From contig NC_083406.1 of assembly GCF_020745735.1 (NCBI RefSeq), positions 99,487,164 through 99,551,163 on the forward strand: a stretch of 64,000 nt of DNA, in the 5' to 3' direction. How positions within the stretch are numbered: position 1 is the first letter of the stretch; each line of letters opens with the position of its first letter. The translations under genes were made by a program, and so were the position numbers. The notes below the pieces were generated by a model that was given only the letters and a program-made list of their open reading frames with translations, did no database searches and was not told where the DNA came from. This stretch comes from Hemiscyllium ocellatum (taxonomy: Eukaryota). Positions 1 to 13,407 of this stretch are shown piece after piece.

Positions 1-722
1 TAAACAACGTGGTTAAGATCTGCAGTCTAATACTGGTGGAATGTGCTAGCAGGTATTATGGGATGTTTAGCTGACACCCATTTTGTCAACGATTTTGCAA
101 GACCATGTGAAAGCAATGTTGAACTAATAAAAGGTTTACGCGTATAAATTTAAAAGGAAATTCAAATATCAAAGACTTATGTATTATGCATCAAAAGTAC
201 GGCTTGATTTTGACACTTATGAAATATATTCTTCTTTCAAGCTTCAATTTTTCCTTTGCACTAACTTTCCCTCCCTTCACCCTTACCTTTTCTGGTGTTT
301 GCAAGGTTTTACTCCTTTAGGCTGAATATTTAGGCCGCTGTTTGAGGAGCCTGGAAGTAGGTCAGCCTGGGATTCCACACAGCCAGCCAGACATCTTACC
401 AACATCAAACCAAACCAAACCCAGGCTATTTTGCCTGAGGAGGTAATGGGAGGTCAGCAGGGTTGCTGACAACAAGTGAGTTTAAAGTCTCAGAGGCTGA
501 CTAGAAATTTCCAGTCACCCTCCAGCGCCCCCTCCCAAGAAACAAAGGGACTGCCTTTAGATGGCCTCCAGGTACCTCACTGGGGAGCTCATGTTAGATT
601 TGGAGTCGTCATGCCTTCTTGGCTTCAGCAGCAGCCCACCCTTTCCAGGGGTTTTCCCTCCACACGGTTGGGCTGACTGCTCAGTCAATCTTTTATTTAA
701 TCATTTGATGCTGGGATGTTTT

Positions 723-744
723 GAGAGAGAGAGAGAGAGAGAGA
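723..744. repeat. (GA)n microsatellite
   Basis: About 11 GA units read directly. Confidence 0.9.
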
Positions 745-886
745 AAACCCTCTTTCTTGTTTCACTGAAAAGGAAGTCGCTGTTCCTTCAGTGCTGCAGG
801 GCCTCCTACTGGCCCTCCAGTTTTGAAAGCTTTTCCTTGGACGCTGTTCTCTGGCCATCAATTAGCCAATTTGGGGGAAGAAACTG

Positions 887-1030
887 AATCATAGAACTTT
901 ACAGCACTAAAGGAGGCCCTTCAGCCCAGCATGCCTGCACTGGTTCTATTGCCTATTGCCAAACTTCTGCCTTTTCCCCCAGATCCATGTAGACCCTTTC
1001 TATCCAAGTAATCAATGAATGCCCTCTGTG
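887..1030 (-). mobile_element. CR1 LINE 3' end fragment
   Basis: atcatagaactttacagcact...ggcccttcagccc matches the reverse-complemented CR1 3' tails seen elsewhere in the window (e.g. 29400). Confidence 0.6.
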
Positions 1031-1444
1031 TGACTATTCTGGGGAGATTTCTGAGCCCTGATCGACTCTGATGTTGGAGTCCATTGACAGTGGTAAAAAT
1101 ATTGTCCCTTATTAATGAATTATGGTTTAACCAGTATCTTACCCAATTGGCAAGTACTTAGAGGTGAATTTTGAAGAGACAAGTTACAGCATAGTGCTAG
1201 AATAGTGGTGAAACTCTCCTTATTTCCACATTATGACTTTTATAAGGCTTCTTTTAGCACTCCTTCACTCTCCTGAGATTAGTGAGCGCTGGGACATGAA
1301 GACACCTGTAACTTAATACATTGCTAAGCCCTTATTTTATCCTTCTCTTCTCCTAAAGGGGCTAACACAAATGATGACTATAAAACCCTGAGTGATTGTT
1401 TTCTTCCTTGGCCTAATCAATTCCAGACTACTACTCAGAAGATT

Positions 1445-1592
1445 AGGATGGTTTGTACCCTGGCATGGTCATTATTAGACTTTTAATTCCATTGAATTCA
1501 AATTCTACCACCTGCCGTGATGGGACTGAACCCAGATGCCCTGGATCTCTGGATTAACAGTCTAGCAGTAATACCACGAGGCCATTACCCTC
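1445..1592 (-). mobile_element. Old tRNA-derived SINE fragment (non-HE1 family)
   Basis: Minus strand reads ggtattactgctagact...gggttcagtcccatcacggcag...gaatttgaattcaat; related to 8525-8775 and 43320-43505. Confidence 0.55.
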
Positions 1593-2384
1593 TCTCCCAT
1601 TAAATGTTGGCTCTTAAAAATTACACCCCTGTCTGGGATTGTGTAAGTACAAGTACTTGTAAATCAAATGTTTGTAAATGGGGGATGCCCTGAATAAGAA
1701 TAAGACTGAAGTAAACTCTGTCAGATTAGACTGAGAATCAAACATGGGAACTTAATGTCTAATTGCTCTGCAAAGGTTTGGGCTGCTAATGGTCAAGATT
1801 ACAAATCAATTAATTTTATCAGCTGATACAAATAATGGAAAAGCCAGAAGGCTCTTCTGAATGGAGCCATACTTACCAAGTGTGAATTATGCATTGTAAA
1901 ATTTAACCCAATTTCTGTGCTGTAAGTACTGGAGCATGCCTTGTGTTCTATTTCTAAATTATTTACAGCAGCATTAAGAAGTGTGATCTAAATTCCATTT
2001 CGCTGCTTCAAAACATATGTTTGTACACTGTACTTACTTCATGTTCTTCATGCATAGCACAATCTGGATTAGGGAATGTTGGGTCTGGATTTCTCTTAAA
2101 TTAAATTTTACCCACTGGATCTGAAATAGGTTCTTGAAATTATTAATCCTATAATCAGACAAGATGGGGAGTAGTGAGCTCTTTTAAATGAGCCTCTGGC
2201 TAATGGCAATTAAGATATGAAAATTTATGTGATATTCAGACACGCTCAGTATTAGTTGAGACAATGTTAACTTTAAAGAAAGACTCATTATAGGATCCTT
2301 AGACATTACGTCTGGCATCTAGAGCCCAGGAACTGTTATGGCTCTGGATCTGTTCCAGTTTTGTAAACATGTGGGGATTTTATA

Positions 2385-2650
2385 ACAAGGGGGTCACAAA
2401 TATAAAATAGTCAGTATTCCAGTGAGGAATTATGGGGAAATGACTTGACCCAGATAATGGTTAGAAGTAGAAACTTGCTTCATCATTGAATAGATAATGT
2501 GAATTGCTGAGATACTTTGAGGAGAAGTGGGATGAGGATGCGGAGAATAGAAAGATGTGCTGATTGAGGTTAATAAAGTAAAGTAGGAGGCTTGTGTGGA
2601 GGATAACATCCATTACAGGCCAGTTAGGCTGAATAATCTCTTTCCTTTCA
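2385..2650 (+). mobile_element. Highly decayed CR1 LINE 3' fragment
   Basis: RGHKYKI-like coding remnant followed by CR1-like 3' UTR (ggccagttaggctgaataatctc). Confidence 0.5.
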
Positions 2651-2811
2651 TAAATTGTTTTAATCAGAAAGCATATTTCAGATGAGGTATACTGTCCTCA
2701 CCAACATTTTCTGGAGTAGCACTTCACAATACCCTTTTAATGCAACATGTAGTGGAGAATCAGGATCTATTTTAGATTGTGCTCCAGTTACATAATAGTC
2801 AAGATCTTAAT

Positions 2812-2900
2812 AATAAAATCAGACAGTGCTGCAGAGGCTCAGCAGGTCTGGCAGAATCTGTGGAGGGAGAAACAGTGGTTCGTGTCTAATATGACTCTGT
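2812..2900 (-). mobile_element. Penelope-like element 3' remnant
   Basis: gtgctgcagaggctcagcaggtctggcagaatctgtggag is the reverse complement of the PLE 3' end type at 56044-56170. Confidence 0.55.
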
Positions 2901-3731
2901 GGATATTTCATGTCATCACTACTGGATGTTTGAGAAAAGCACCTGGTTCATTCTGTGAATTGCATTCCTCAGGTGGATTGTTGCCCATTTTACAGTCATT
3001 CTGTTTACAGTTGTGCAGAGCAGTACATTGCTTCACATAGTCACAATTTGAACAAAACATTCTTTGAATTCAGTGCTGTGAATTGCTCATTTTTTTAATT
3101 GAGCTCAGCAGTTTCAGAAGTCCCATTTAGATTTCCTCTCTGCGCTTTTCTGTCAAGTAAAGCTAGTACTTAGTCAACTGGGGAGTGGAACTTATGGTTT
3201 ATGTTCCTGTCTAGTGGTTTTACTGGTAATGTCCAGGCTTTTTTAGTGCAACTAAGAAACATCAATTTGAGGAATTAACTTTTTTTTCAGATGGACCAAC
3301 ACTGACATGAACACATTTTATTACATATTACCCATCTTTGGTTACTCTGAAGTCATCAAAATCAAAGCAGATAGTGTCTGACTGGAATTACGCATACACT
3401 ATACAGTGTAGAACTTGAAGGTATCATTCCCACAAAGGCTTTAGTGGATCAAATATGTTTTTAAATGATAATCCAGCAATGTTCTGTAGCTGGGCCACAA
3501 ATGACCAGATTGCTAAAATTCAGTGTCATCATTCATGTGTTGGGATTTGAACTCATGACCTTTCAGTTCTGAGTGCAGTTCCAAAACCACAAAGATATAC
3601 TAACACAATCCATGCATGCTACATGGGCCGCAATTCATTCCAACATACCAGTCAGCACAGGACTTCCTTCAGATGAGGGACTGTTGATGATATCCTGCAT
3701 TTTCAGTCTGAGAACAATAGAATGGAGATAC

Positions 3732-4047
3732 AGATTAGATTCCCTACAGTGTGGAAACAGGCCCTTCGGCCCAAGAAGTCCACACTGACCCTCCGAAGAG
3801 CAACCCACCCAGCCCATTCCCCTACATTTACCCCTTCACCTAACGCTACAGGCAATTTAGCATGGCCAATTCACCTCACCTGCACTTTTTGGACTGTGGG
3901 AGGAAACTGGAGCACCCAGAAGAAACCCATGTAGCCACGGGGAGAATGTGCAAACTCCACACAGACAGTTGCCTGAGGCGGGAATTGAACCCAGGTCTCT
4001 AGGGCTGTGAGGCAGCAATGCTAACCACTGTGCCACTGTGCCACCCC
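3732..4047 (-). mobile_element. HE1-type tRNA-derived SINE
   Basis: Minus-strand A box TGGCACAGTGG, B box GGTTCAATTCC, conserved body gtgtggagtttgcacattctcc, CR1-like 3' tail. Confidence 0.9.
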
Positions 4048-4059
4048 AGATGATAATAG

Positions 4060-4375
4060 CAACAACAACTTATAATTGCATTGTGCACTTAGTCCCTAGA
4101 CACTTCACAGGAGAGTTATAAAACAAAATATGACATCAAGTCATATGGGGACTTATTGGTCAACGAGGTGGTCTTCAAGAGCACTTCACAGGAGGAAATC
4201 AAGGCAAAGAGTCCAAGAGATGTCAGGAGAGTATTCCAGAAGGCCTCAGTAACTGAAGGCACTGTTACCATCGATTGAGAGGTTAACAAAGGACAAACTT
4301 GAGATGCCCGTATGAGAGGTGTGTAGATATCTCAAAGGGTTAGAGACTTGAAGGAGATTGTCGAAAGAGAGAGGT
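4060..4375 (-). mobile_element. L2-like LINE 3' fragment
   Basis: aacaacaactt...cacttcacagg...ggtcaacgagg; homologous to 50520-51040. Confidence 0.5.
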
Positions 4376-5174
4376 GAAGCTACAAGAGCACTCTCATAAT
4401 TGTCCAACAAATGATAGAACTTGAATAGTTTTATACTTGGCACTCAGCAAAGAGGCCACCCTAAAATCCTCTCCCTTTTCTAAAAGAACAAGCTCATCTC
4501 ACCTGGGAGGAAGTCATGAGGTTACTTAACAGGGCAGCTATGGATGAATAAGTAACTCACCAAAGGATAAGTAATCCAATAACTCCATGTCATATTGCTA
4601 GCTTCTTGCTAAAGAGGCTGCAAATATCCCCAAGTGACAGTCTCTCCATTGTGCACAGCAATGCACCATTAACGCAAAAGTATGAACATAAAAATGAACA
4701 ACATGCCTTAAAATTGCTTATCATTTCAAATTCTACAAAACATTAAAAGAAGTTGCCTAGTAAGTAGAAACAAATGTACTGTTGTACCAGAGGCAGATAC
4801 TGGTGAGAATCAAAGTAATTATTTGAAATATAACTGGTGATAATATTATTCATGTGAGAAAAACACAGTTTATCGCAAAAACATCACTTCTATTTTTCTT
4901 TTGAAGAGTACATAAAGCTTATGTTGCACAGACCAATGAATCAACAATCACCCCATTACCATGATTTTATTATTCAATTCTCCTTCGCAAGATAAGAAAC
5001 AACTTCCTTTACAATGGATATGAAATGTATATGCAGTGGGACCGTGGCTCAGATTTCTGTACAGAACAGGAAACTGTCAGTTTTGATTCCCAGGGATTTA
5101 TTTAGGTATGATTGGGACTGGTGAGGAGACTCAACTGGGCAATGAGAGGATATTTGATTCTATAGCTTCAGCTT

Positions 5175-5514
5175 TCATAGAATCATAGATTCCCTACAGT
5201 GATGGAACAAGCCATTTGGCCCAACAAGTCCACACCAACCTTCCAAAGAGTAACCCACTCAGACCCATTCTCCTACCCAATGAGTCTACATTTCCCCTGA
5301 CTACCTCTGGAACCTGTGGGCAATTTAGCATGGCCAATTCACCTGACCTGCACATCTTTGGACTGTGGGAGGAAACGGAGCACCCAGAGGAATCCCATGC
5401 AGACACGGTAAGAATGTGCAAACTCCACACAGACAGTTGCCCAAGGCTGGAATCGAGCCTGGGCCCCTGGTTCTGTGAGGCAGCAATGTTAACCACTGAG
5501 CCACCGTGCAGCCC
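5175..5514 (-). mobile_element. HE1-type SINE
   Basis: A/B boxes and body as at 3732-4047. Confidence 0.9.
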
Positions 5515-6534
5515 AAAGTTAGACAGGGAGACTTCCTCAGAAAAGCATTTATAAACTGTCATTTCCAAAAATGGGTCATCAATGTCAGGTTACCAAAGTG
5601 AATGAAAATTCTGTCCCTTATGCTACAGTGGATATGCTCCTGCCTGAAAATGTTCTTCATCTTCCTTTTCCTTGGATGACATGTTAAACCTCCACCTCCT
5701 CTCTCCTTCAATAGGGATGGTGTTATGGTTATGGGGAACAGGGAGATAGGGTGTTGCGGGAGCAAAGCTGTGAGATAGAGTTACTGGTGAAATTTCAGGG
5801 TTGAATCTACAGCCAGGGATCCTTACCCACTGGTCACACATCTTGGGTAATCATGGCAAACTGAACAAGAACTTCTGCCCATTAGTCTAATGGACAGAAA
5901 CTCAAAGCCAACCCTGCTAGGGCATCAACAACTTGCATTTATATGACACCTATAACTTGAGCACAAGATGTCACTGTTTGATAAATACTACAATCCTCTG
6001 GTGCAGGTGATGTACATTTAAATATGTTGCTCTGATTAATAGTGTACCAATGGCAGCAAGAGCACTGCAATCCTTCAAGACGGTATATAACCGAGGGGAA
6101 CTATTCACTTTGTATATATGTCCAGGAGTCGAAAGTCTATGAGCCCTTAGAAGTGAAGCTGAAAATGTCGATCATGTCTTCCTGAAGCAATCTGATAAAA
6201 GGTGTATAACTCACAAACCCAGCCTGTTTAGCAAATTGTAAGAGTTTTACAAACAAAATCAACATATTAGTTAGTCAACATTGATTGAATAGAGTCCAAT
6301 CTCACTAAGATAAGTTGACCTGGAATTTGTGAGGAAGTTCCTTTTTGAAAAAGAAGATAAAACATGGAGAAATTCCTGAATTCCCAATGTGGAGGGGTTA
6401 CATCACAAGTTTGAAAATCAGAAGAGTTATCTGCGTTTCACCATCTATTACCCATAAACTGTTACAAGTGGATAATTAATCTACATGGGGTCAAGGTATT
6501 GGCATATCATTGCAGCAAAAACTGAGATGTGCAC

Positions 6535-6802
6535 ATTCCCTACAGTATGGAAACAGACCCTTCAGCCAAACCATTCTGCACCAACCCTCCAGAGAGTAGC
6601 CCACCCCTCGCTGACTAATGCACCTAGTACTATGGACAACTTAGCATGTTGCCAATTCACCTGACCTGCACATCTTTGGACTGTAGGAGGAAACTGGAGC
6701 ACCCAGAAGAAACCTACACAGGCAGTCACCCAAGGCTGGAATTGAACCGGGGACCCTGGTGCTGTGAGGCAGCAGGGCTAACCACTGAGCCACTGTGCCA
6801 CC
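6535..6802 (-). mobile_element. HE1-type SINE with internal deletions
   Basis: A/B boxes present; two internal segments missing relative to other copies. Confidence 0.85.
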
Positions 6803-7834
6803 TATGCAATTCCAGAAAAAACACTGATACCATCTGTAAAGAGAACAGACATGTTCATGCTACAGATATGGACCCTTCACTAGGATAGATTCTAATACCA
6901 CTGTAGCATCCACAGAATTTTGTTTCTAGTTCAAATTTCTCCGCACGTTGCCCTAACATATTAGGCGAATCTATTCAATGACATAAATCATCTTTCTCCC
7001 AGTATCCCCCACCTATTGTCAGAAAAGGGGCCAGCTATGATACAACGTCCACTTAAAAGTATTGCTATATTAATTTGAATAGTAAATAGCTGGAAGTCTT
7101 TGTTTATTAATTCTTTATTCCCAGACTTTAATGAAAACAAAACCAATCTTTTTCACATCACGACAATTCTATGTATTTTGCTTCTAGTCTGAAATCGAGC
7201 CTTTTTAAAGAAAATTATAGAAGATTTGATATTGGATCAAGTGCTGACCCACGCACTGCACAATGAGCACATTAATGCCGAGACATCAATTTACTGTGCT
7301 GGATTTCCTTGTTGCCTGGATACGTGTGGTCTATTTCAAGAGGAAAACTGTTCAGTAATTCTGGTTCTCAGTTACCACAGCTTCAGTGTTATTAACCTTA
7401 CAGTGCACACATATGAACCTTACAACCTAGGAAGAAGATTTAGCCAGAGATGGGAGGGAATGGTGATGCTAGAAAGAACTATATACACATTGTAGTAAGG
7501 TTTAGAAAATGGTGCTTACTGTACTGTGTAAAAACGCTCTCGTTTTGAGCAATTTCTGGAACTTTTAGACATCAGAACTGATGACTGTAAATGTTGCATA
7601 AATAGCTGTGACTTAACTTCAAGTAAATGTACTGATTTTATTTTCTTGTCCACTTCCTCCTATTAGTTACATTTCCTTTCCACCCTATTTAGTCCTGACT
7701 TTATTTCTCAATTCAATTTTCTGTTTTCTCACCGTGGGTATTTACTGGTCTCCCTCCCTCGCAATGGCTGCCTTCTAAAATATTGCTCAAGTATTGGAAG
7801 TCGCTGCTAATTGACCACACATCCATAAAAGGCT

Positions 7835-7935
7835 TCCATTTATATTGGGCCTTTCATGACCTCAGGCCATTACTAAGTGCTTTACAACCAATTAAGCACT
7901 TTTGATGTGTAATCACTGTTGCAATGTCGGAAAAT
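7835..7935 (-). mobile_element. DeuSINE (AmnSINE1/SacSINE1-like) 3' fragment
   Basis: Reverse complement ttccgacattgcaacagtgattacacatcaaaagtgcttaattggttgtaaagcac...gaggtcatgaaaggcccaatataaatg resembles the DeuSINE 3' part as I recall it. Confidence 0.55.
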
Positions 7936-8524
7936 ATGAGTGTTGAATCCTTGCTGAAATTAGTTAACCTCATTACAAATTAAAGATGTATCCTGGGAGC
8001 TTTTAGTTCAATTCCATACTGGCCAACAAATTCACAAACTGGAAAGTGGAAGGCATACAAGAGCAACTATTTTTCCCTTCCTATCTGTGTTTGGTGAAAT
8101 GTTTTACCTCCACTTACCACCTCTCTTGATCAATCAGGTTGACATGAAAGTCTCACTGTTTGATGAATAATAGACTTGATCTAAGCCCTACTAACCTTTA
8201 AAGGCACAGTTTAAAAATTTCAAGTTTGCTCAAATTTGCTTCCTGAGAATGCTACTCCTTGATGAAAATATTAAGTTATGAAATCACCATATAGTTTCAA
8301 AGATCTTCCAGTTATTAGACTTCATGAACTTTCCAAAAACATTTATGGGATGTGGATATCATTGGCAAGGTCAAAAGTCATTGCCAATACCTAATTGTTC
8401 TTTAGAAGGTGACGATAAACCACCTTGTTGAATGACTGCTCTCAATGTGGTGTAGAAACATTCAGAGTCTATTAAAAAAGTAGTTCCAGGATTTTTGACC
8501 CAGTAGCCATTTAGGAATGGTCTC

Positions 8525-8775
8525 AGCAGGGATATGACATAATGGTAGTATCAAAGTGTTACCAATGCAGAGGTTAATGCTTTGGAGATGTGGATTAAAA
8601 TGCCATCAAGTCAGTTGATGGACATTAAGCTAAAATATTAACAAATAATGAAGCAAGTAATGTGAATTGCTGTAAAAGCCTTTCCAGTTCGGTAAGGGCC
8701 TGCTGGGAAGGAAATCTGCTAATCTTTACTGGTCTGGTCTACTTGTGGCTCCAGACAGATGCAATGTGGTTGATA
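8525..8775 (+). mobile_element. Old tRNA-derived SINE (non-HE1 family), decayed
   Basis: gggaaggaaatctgc...ggtctggtctacttgtggctccagac...gcaatgtggttga; reverse-complement match to 60810-60880. Confidence 0.5.
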
Positions 8776-10271
8776 AGCAATTTGTTGGAGGTCTGGCTTC
8801 TGATGAACATAATCTGAGGGTTTTAAAAGAAATGACTAATGTAAAAGTGAATTTCAAATTCGGCGCAGGTTCCATTAAATTGGAAAATGGCAAACATAAC
8901 TCTTTCATGCAAAGTCAGGAGTCAGGTGACATCAGACTACAATCTTTCAAAGCGTTGCCCCTTTGTCAGGTGAAGTGAGAGAGAAGCACACAGGCACAGA
9001 ATTTAAAACCCTCCCAAGCTCTCTAAACCTGATAAAATTGACACTTAGCTGATTTCTGGTAAAACTCTGTCTGCCATTTTAAAATTTCTGCAGAGGTCTG
9101 TACACCTCCATTAAAATCAGGCCCTATGAGGGAGCATTGGCTGCTGTGTTGAACTCCAAAATGGCCCAGGAGTTGTTCAGTCAGTATTATTGACCGACTA
9201 TCAGCATGACCTGTCTGCTCTGCATAGTCTTAGCTGCATGTACTTCAGCCCTTATCAAATCAGTGTCCTCTGTGACATGGCAGAAGTGTAAATATATGTA
9301 TTGGACAACTTTATTTCCCTGAATGGCATCTGTAGCAACCAAACAATAGCATTAGCCCATTTCACTCTCATTATCTTGAAATAATTGATCTTGTATCACG
9401 ATTAAAGTTGTTATAAATTTACATCCAGAGTAATACTAAAGGTCAAATTGAAGTACAGCATTCATCTCCAGGCAACAGACAGTCTGTGTTTGGTTAAACA
9501 TTAGAATGTTACAGACCTTCCTGCTTGTCTTGTGGCTAAACTGTAAAGTTCAAGGTCTCCAGAAATACAAATATTGCAGGCCTTGCGTTTATTTCCTCTT
9601 TAAATTTTCTTTTCCCTTCCCAGTTTTCTTGTCAAAGCACTTCTCCCTTGCTGGACTCTGATTCTATTGATGCAAATCATACAGTTTGCCAGGATTCCGA
9701 ATTGAAAAATCACGGAAAGGTTCCTGTCGACAGGATCTCCCCAGTTTGAAGAACTGATCTTCCCCCAGCCCTCTGTGTTTTAATTTGTTGTCTCTCTGAA
9801 AGTCCAATTGGAAATGACTGTGAGGTAAAAATGGACCTGATCCATGCTGTCACATTGCGATGATGAAATTTAATACTCGAGCCCATCAGCAGCAGCAGCT
9901 ATGTCATATCCTCTGGGGAGCAAAACATGACAGATATTAAAAAAAATAATTTGGCTAATTCTGGGTGAGAAAGATTTACTGAGAAATATCCCCAAGGACA
10001 ATCCAAGCAAATCCCTCAGGGACAGTATGATGATGATTCACACTCCCCAAAATCTCAGCATCCTTTCATACTCACTGAGTTCAGCCAGGAACCTGTCAAG
10101 CCTCTTTTTAAACTAGGTACACAGTGAATTTGAACACAATAGCATGCAGGTAACCTGTTACCAAATTTAATAACCCTCTGTGACCAAAGAAATTCCTGAT
10201 ATCTAATCTAGTCCGCCACTCAATCAACTTACATCCAGATATTCCTGATTGTGCCCTTTGTTATCTAATAC

Positions 10272-10411
10272 CAAAGTTGAAAATCACACAACACCAGGTT
10301 ATAGTCCAACAGGTTTATTTAGAAGCACTAGCTTTCGAAGCGCTGCTCCTTCATCAGTTGCTGATACAACCTCATGAAAGAGCAGTGGTCTGAAAGCTTG
10401 TACTTCCAAAT
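10272..10411. mobile_element. PLE family B short insertion, imperfect inverted pair with minus-strand hammerhead motif
   Basis: aaatcacacaacaccaggttatagtccaacagg core; minus strand 10326-10360 reads CTGATGA-aggagc-agc-gcttc-GAAA-gc-TA. Confidence 0.7.
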
Positions 10412-10725
10412 TTCCCCAAATATTTGAATTGGCAATAGTACTATATGATAATCTTGCTTCTTAAATATATACTAATTTTATTTCTTCACCATTTTTCTGT
10501 AGAAGACAATGGCTTATGCTGACAACTTTTCAGTACCTCACCAAGATATCATTTGTTATTTGGGAGCCAGAAAAGCAAATGCTAATTTGGCCCCCTAGCA
10601 AAACATGGCTATGTAACAAACAGCAGAAAGCAGGACTGGCTTTTACTTTCCTCTTGATGCACTCTTACTACATCTTTAGCCGAGGTAATGATAATGGAGT
10701 AAAGAGTTCAGATGAACTCTAGATT

Positions 10726-10868
10726 ACACAACACCAGGTTATAGTCCAACAGGTTACTTGGAAACACTAGCACGATGTGCTTCCGATTAAACCTGTTGGA
10801 CTATAACCTGGTGTTGTGTGATTTTTAACTTTGTCCAACCCAGTCCAACACCAGTTCCTCCACATCAT
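10726..10868. mobile_element. PLE family B palindromic insertion with unpaired 3' tail
   Basis: Arms ~10727-10770 and ~10776-10820 are reverse complements; tail 10821-10868. Confidence 0.75.
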
Positions 10869-12079
10869 TATCCAGTGCCCACACTGACACAATTTAGTTG
10901 TTTCATAGTTTTAAATACCCCTGTCATATCCCCACACCTTTCCGAAGTGACAAGACATAACTCCCAAAGGTAACTGAGAGCTTGAAACTCTCAATGTAGT
11001 GTGAATATAGTGACCCTGCTCTGAAACCAATGGATCAGCTGACTTTGTGAAACACCACAAAGGAATTTAAACAGGGCACCTACAGGTGGGAAATAGGAGG
11101 GTGCAACTGTACGTTAGAGTCTTGCACCATCTGTGGTGCTCTGGCCCATTTCCTGATTTTATTGTTGGCCAGGGAGCTATTAAGTAGGTTATCAAACTGA
11201 GGCCCCACAGTGTGCAATAAATGTCCCATTTATGGGCATTCACCTCACTGTCATTGCTCTGATGTGGGGTGGGGAGAGGCCTGAGGCCAACTTGTGGCAA
11301 GGTAGGCTAGCCAGTGATGTGGTATGGGGGTACAGGTGGTGCCTTACCCCATCCCCTCACCCCAGCCCCACCCAGTTTAACTTCCCCATGTCCACCTTCC
11401 CCATCCCCCATCAGATTTCCTCATCAAGGCCTGTTAGTCCGGCCACCATCTCTGATTGGCTCCCGTGGGTGGTTGGTATTCTGGGAAAGGGAGCTTGATC
11501 TCCTGGAGATGAACAGATGTCATACTTATTAAAGTGATGTCACATGAAAAGTTAAAGCAGGGTGATCCGGCCAAAGGGAGGTGGCCATGCACTCAAAATG
11601 TACTCTGGCCTGTGGGGGTCCCAACTCCAGCATGTAATCCAGGATCACTGCTCTTCAGGAACCTGCAACCAGAGGGCGATTTCCTGTGCAATTAGCAGCG
11701 CCACCATTTCAGCTAATCCTTCAGCTAATCCTTCATCCTGACCCTGCTCTGGCTGATATGATCTAACTCAGGCCAAAATGGGACTCAAATCTGGGCTCTT
11801 TCAGTTCCACGTAGATCCACAGAGACAAAAGGATTGATCAGTGTCTACACTGGCCAATAGAATAGATTGGAATTTTACTTGAACTTGTAGTTCTGGTTGA
11901 GATCTGTGCACTTTGTGGAGATAAAGGGTGGGGGGAAGGGGGTGGGTAGGTAGAGGTGGAGAGTCTTAACCAGTTCAGGAAGGTTAGCATGAGGAGAATA
12001 ACCCCAAACACAACCTACTGTGAAAGATTATGCATTTTGTTTGAATTGTGGTAGCCTTGGCTGTCTGAGAAACACACCT

Positions 12080-12181
12080 GGATTCTGGATTAGTGGTGCT
12101 GGAAGAGCACAGCAGTTCAGGCAGCATCCAAAATGCAGCAAAATCGACGTTTCCGGCAAAAGCCCTTCATCAGGAATAAAG
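12080..12181 (-). mobile_element. PLE family A 3' fragment with hammerhead motif
   Basis: Minus strand attcCTGATGAagggcttttgccgGAAAcgTCgatt. Confidence 0.8.
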
Positions 12182-12522
12182 GAGAGACAATTTCTGAAGT
12201 TTACTACCTGAAGAAAGAACTGTTCCTTACATTTAAACAATAATTGTTTCCATTTCCATTATTTAGAGCTCAGAAACCCTGCAGCTGAAGAGAGATGGAG
12301 GAGTTGGATCCACCAGGATACTGTGTTTTCAAGTAAAAACACAGCATGCTGGAGAAACTCAAGCAACAAGAGGAGTCTCTCTGCCCTTTAAGCCTGATCC
12401 ACCATTCAATAAGATCTGATTTTAACCTCTACTCTATATTCCTGCAAGCCCCAATAATCTTTCATCCTCTTACTAATCTAGAATCTAGCTCCCTCAAAAC
12501 TAACTAAAGATTCTGCATCACT

Positions 12523-13055
12523 AGTGAGTTTTGAGAAGGTTTTTATTTAGAATCCCTACAGTGCAGTAACACGGCCTTTGGCCCAGCAAGTCCATACTGA
12601 TCCTCCAAAGAGTAACCCACCCAGACCCATTCCCCTATTACTCTACATTTATGCCTGATTAATGCACCTAACCTACACATCCCTGTACACTCTGGGCAAC
12701 TTAACATAGCCAATTCACCTAACCTGCACATCTTTAGATTGTGGGAGGAAACCCACACAGGCACAGGGAGAATGTGTAAACTCAACACAGACAGTTGCCC
12801 AAGGCTGGAATTGAACCCAGGTCCCTAGCACTGGGAGGCATTAGTGCAAACCATTGAGCCACTGTGCTGCCCCAAAGTTTGTAGCTCAGGTTGATGTTCT
12901 GGATGTAGATTTACTTGCTAAGCTGGAAGGTTTATTTTCAGACGTTTTGTCACCATGCTAGGTAACACCATCACTGAGTCTCCGGAGAAGCACGGGTGGC
13001 ATGGCCCGCTTTCTATTTATGTGTTTAGGTTAACTTTCCAGTTGAGGTAATCCAG
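12523..13055 (-). mobile_element. PLE family C (Poseidon/Penelope-type) terminal fragment, itself interrupted by an HE1 SINE
   Basis: Decayed hammerhead on the minus strand (gtgatgg-tgttacc-tagcat-ggtgac-aaaacgtc); 8-bp flanking duplication gcatcact at 12515-12522 and 13056-13063; short inverted remnant 13032-13055. Confidence 0.65.
12548..12873 (-). mobile_element. HE1-type SINE inserted in the PLE tail
   Basis: A/B boxes and body; PLE sequence tttgagaag...tttgtagctcagg is split around it. Confidence 0.88.
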
Positions 13056-13407
13056 GCATCACTGCCTGTTTGAGGAAGGGAATTCCCAAGACTCACAACT
13101 CTCAGAGATATTTATTTTCATCTCTGCCTTAAATTGGTACCTTCTTCTTTTTAAACTATGACCCAGAAGAGGAAACCACCTGCATCTAACTGATCAAGTT
13201 CTCTCAGGAGTTTTAGGTTTCGATTAAGTCACCTCTGACTCCTCTAAACTCGAGAGGATAAATGCCTGCCCTGTCCCACTTCTCCTTGAAAGGAAGCCTG
13301 CTAATTCCAGATATTGGTCTTCTAGACCTTCTTTGAACTGCTTCCAATGCATTGACATCCTTCTGTAAGTGCAGTGCAGAACAGTAAACAGTACACCAGT
13401 TTGGCCT

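Larger units (their letters stand above)
12365..13405 (-). mobile_element. Decayed CR1 LINE 3' region, interrupted by a PLE and a SINE
   Basis: CR1 3' UTR (ccaccattcaataagatc) resumes at 13056 with antisense ORF2 C-terminal motifs (gaattcccaagactcacaactctc). Confidence 0.7.

Noticed and set aside
10503-10684. Possible exon (ttctgtag...gag|gtaatg)
   Set aside because: No recognisable product and no supporting neighbouring exons
11060-11650. GC-richer dispersed repeat-like blocks (also ~320-880, 20520-21000, 35400-35760, 62000-62545)
   Set aside because: Probably old non-autonomous DNA elements, but I could not define their ends or family from sequence alone
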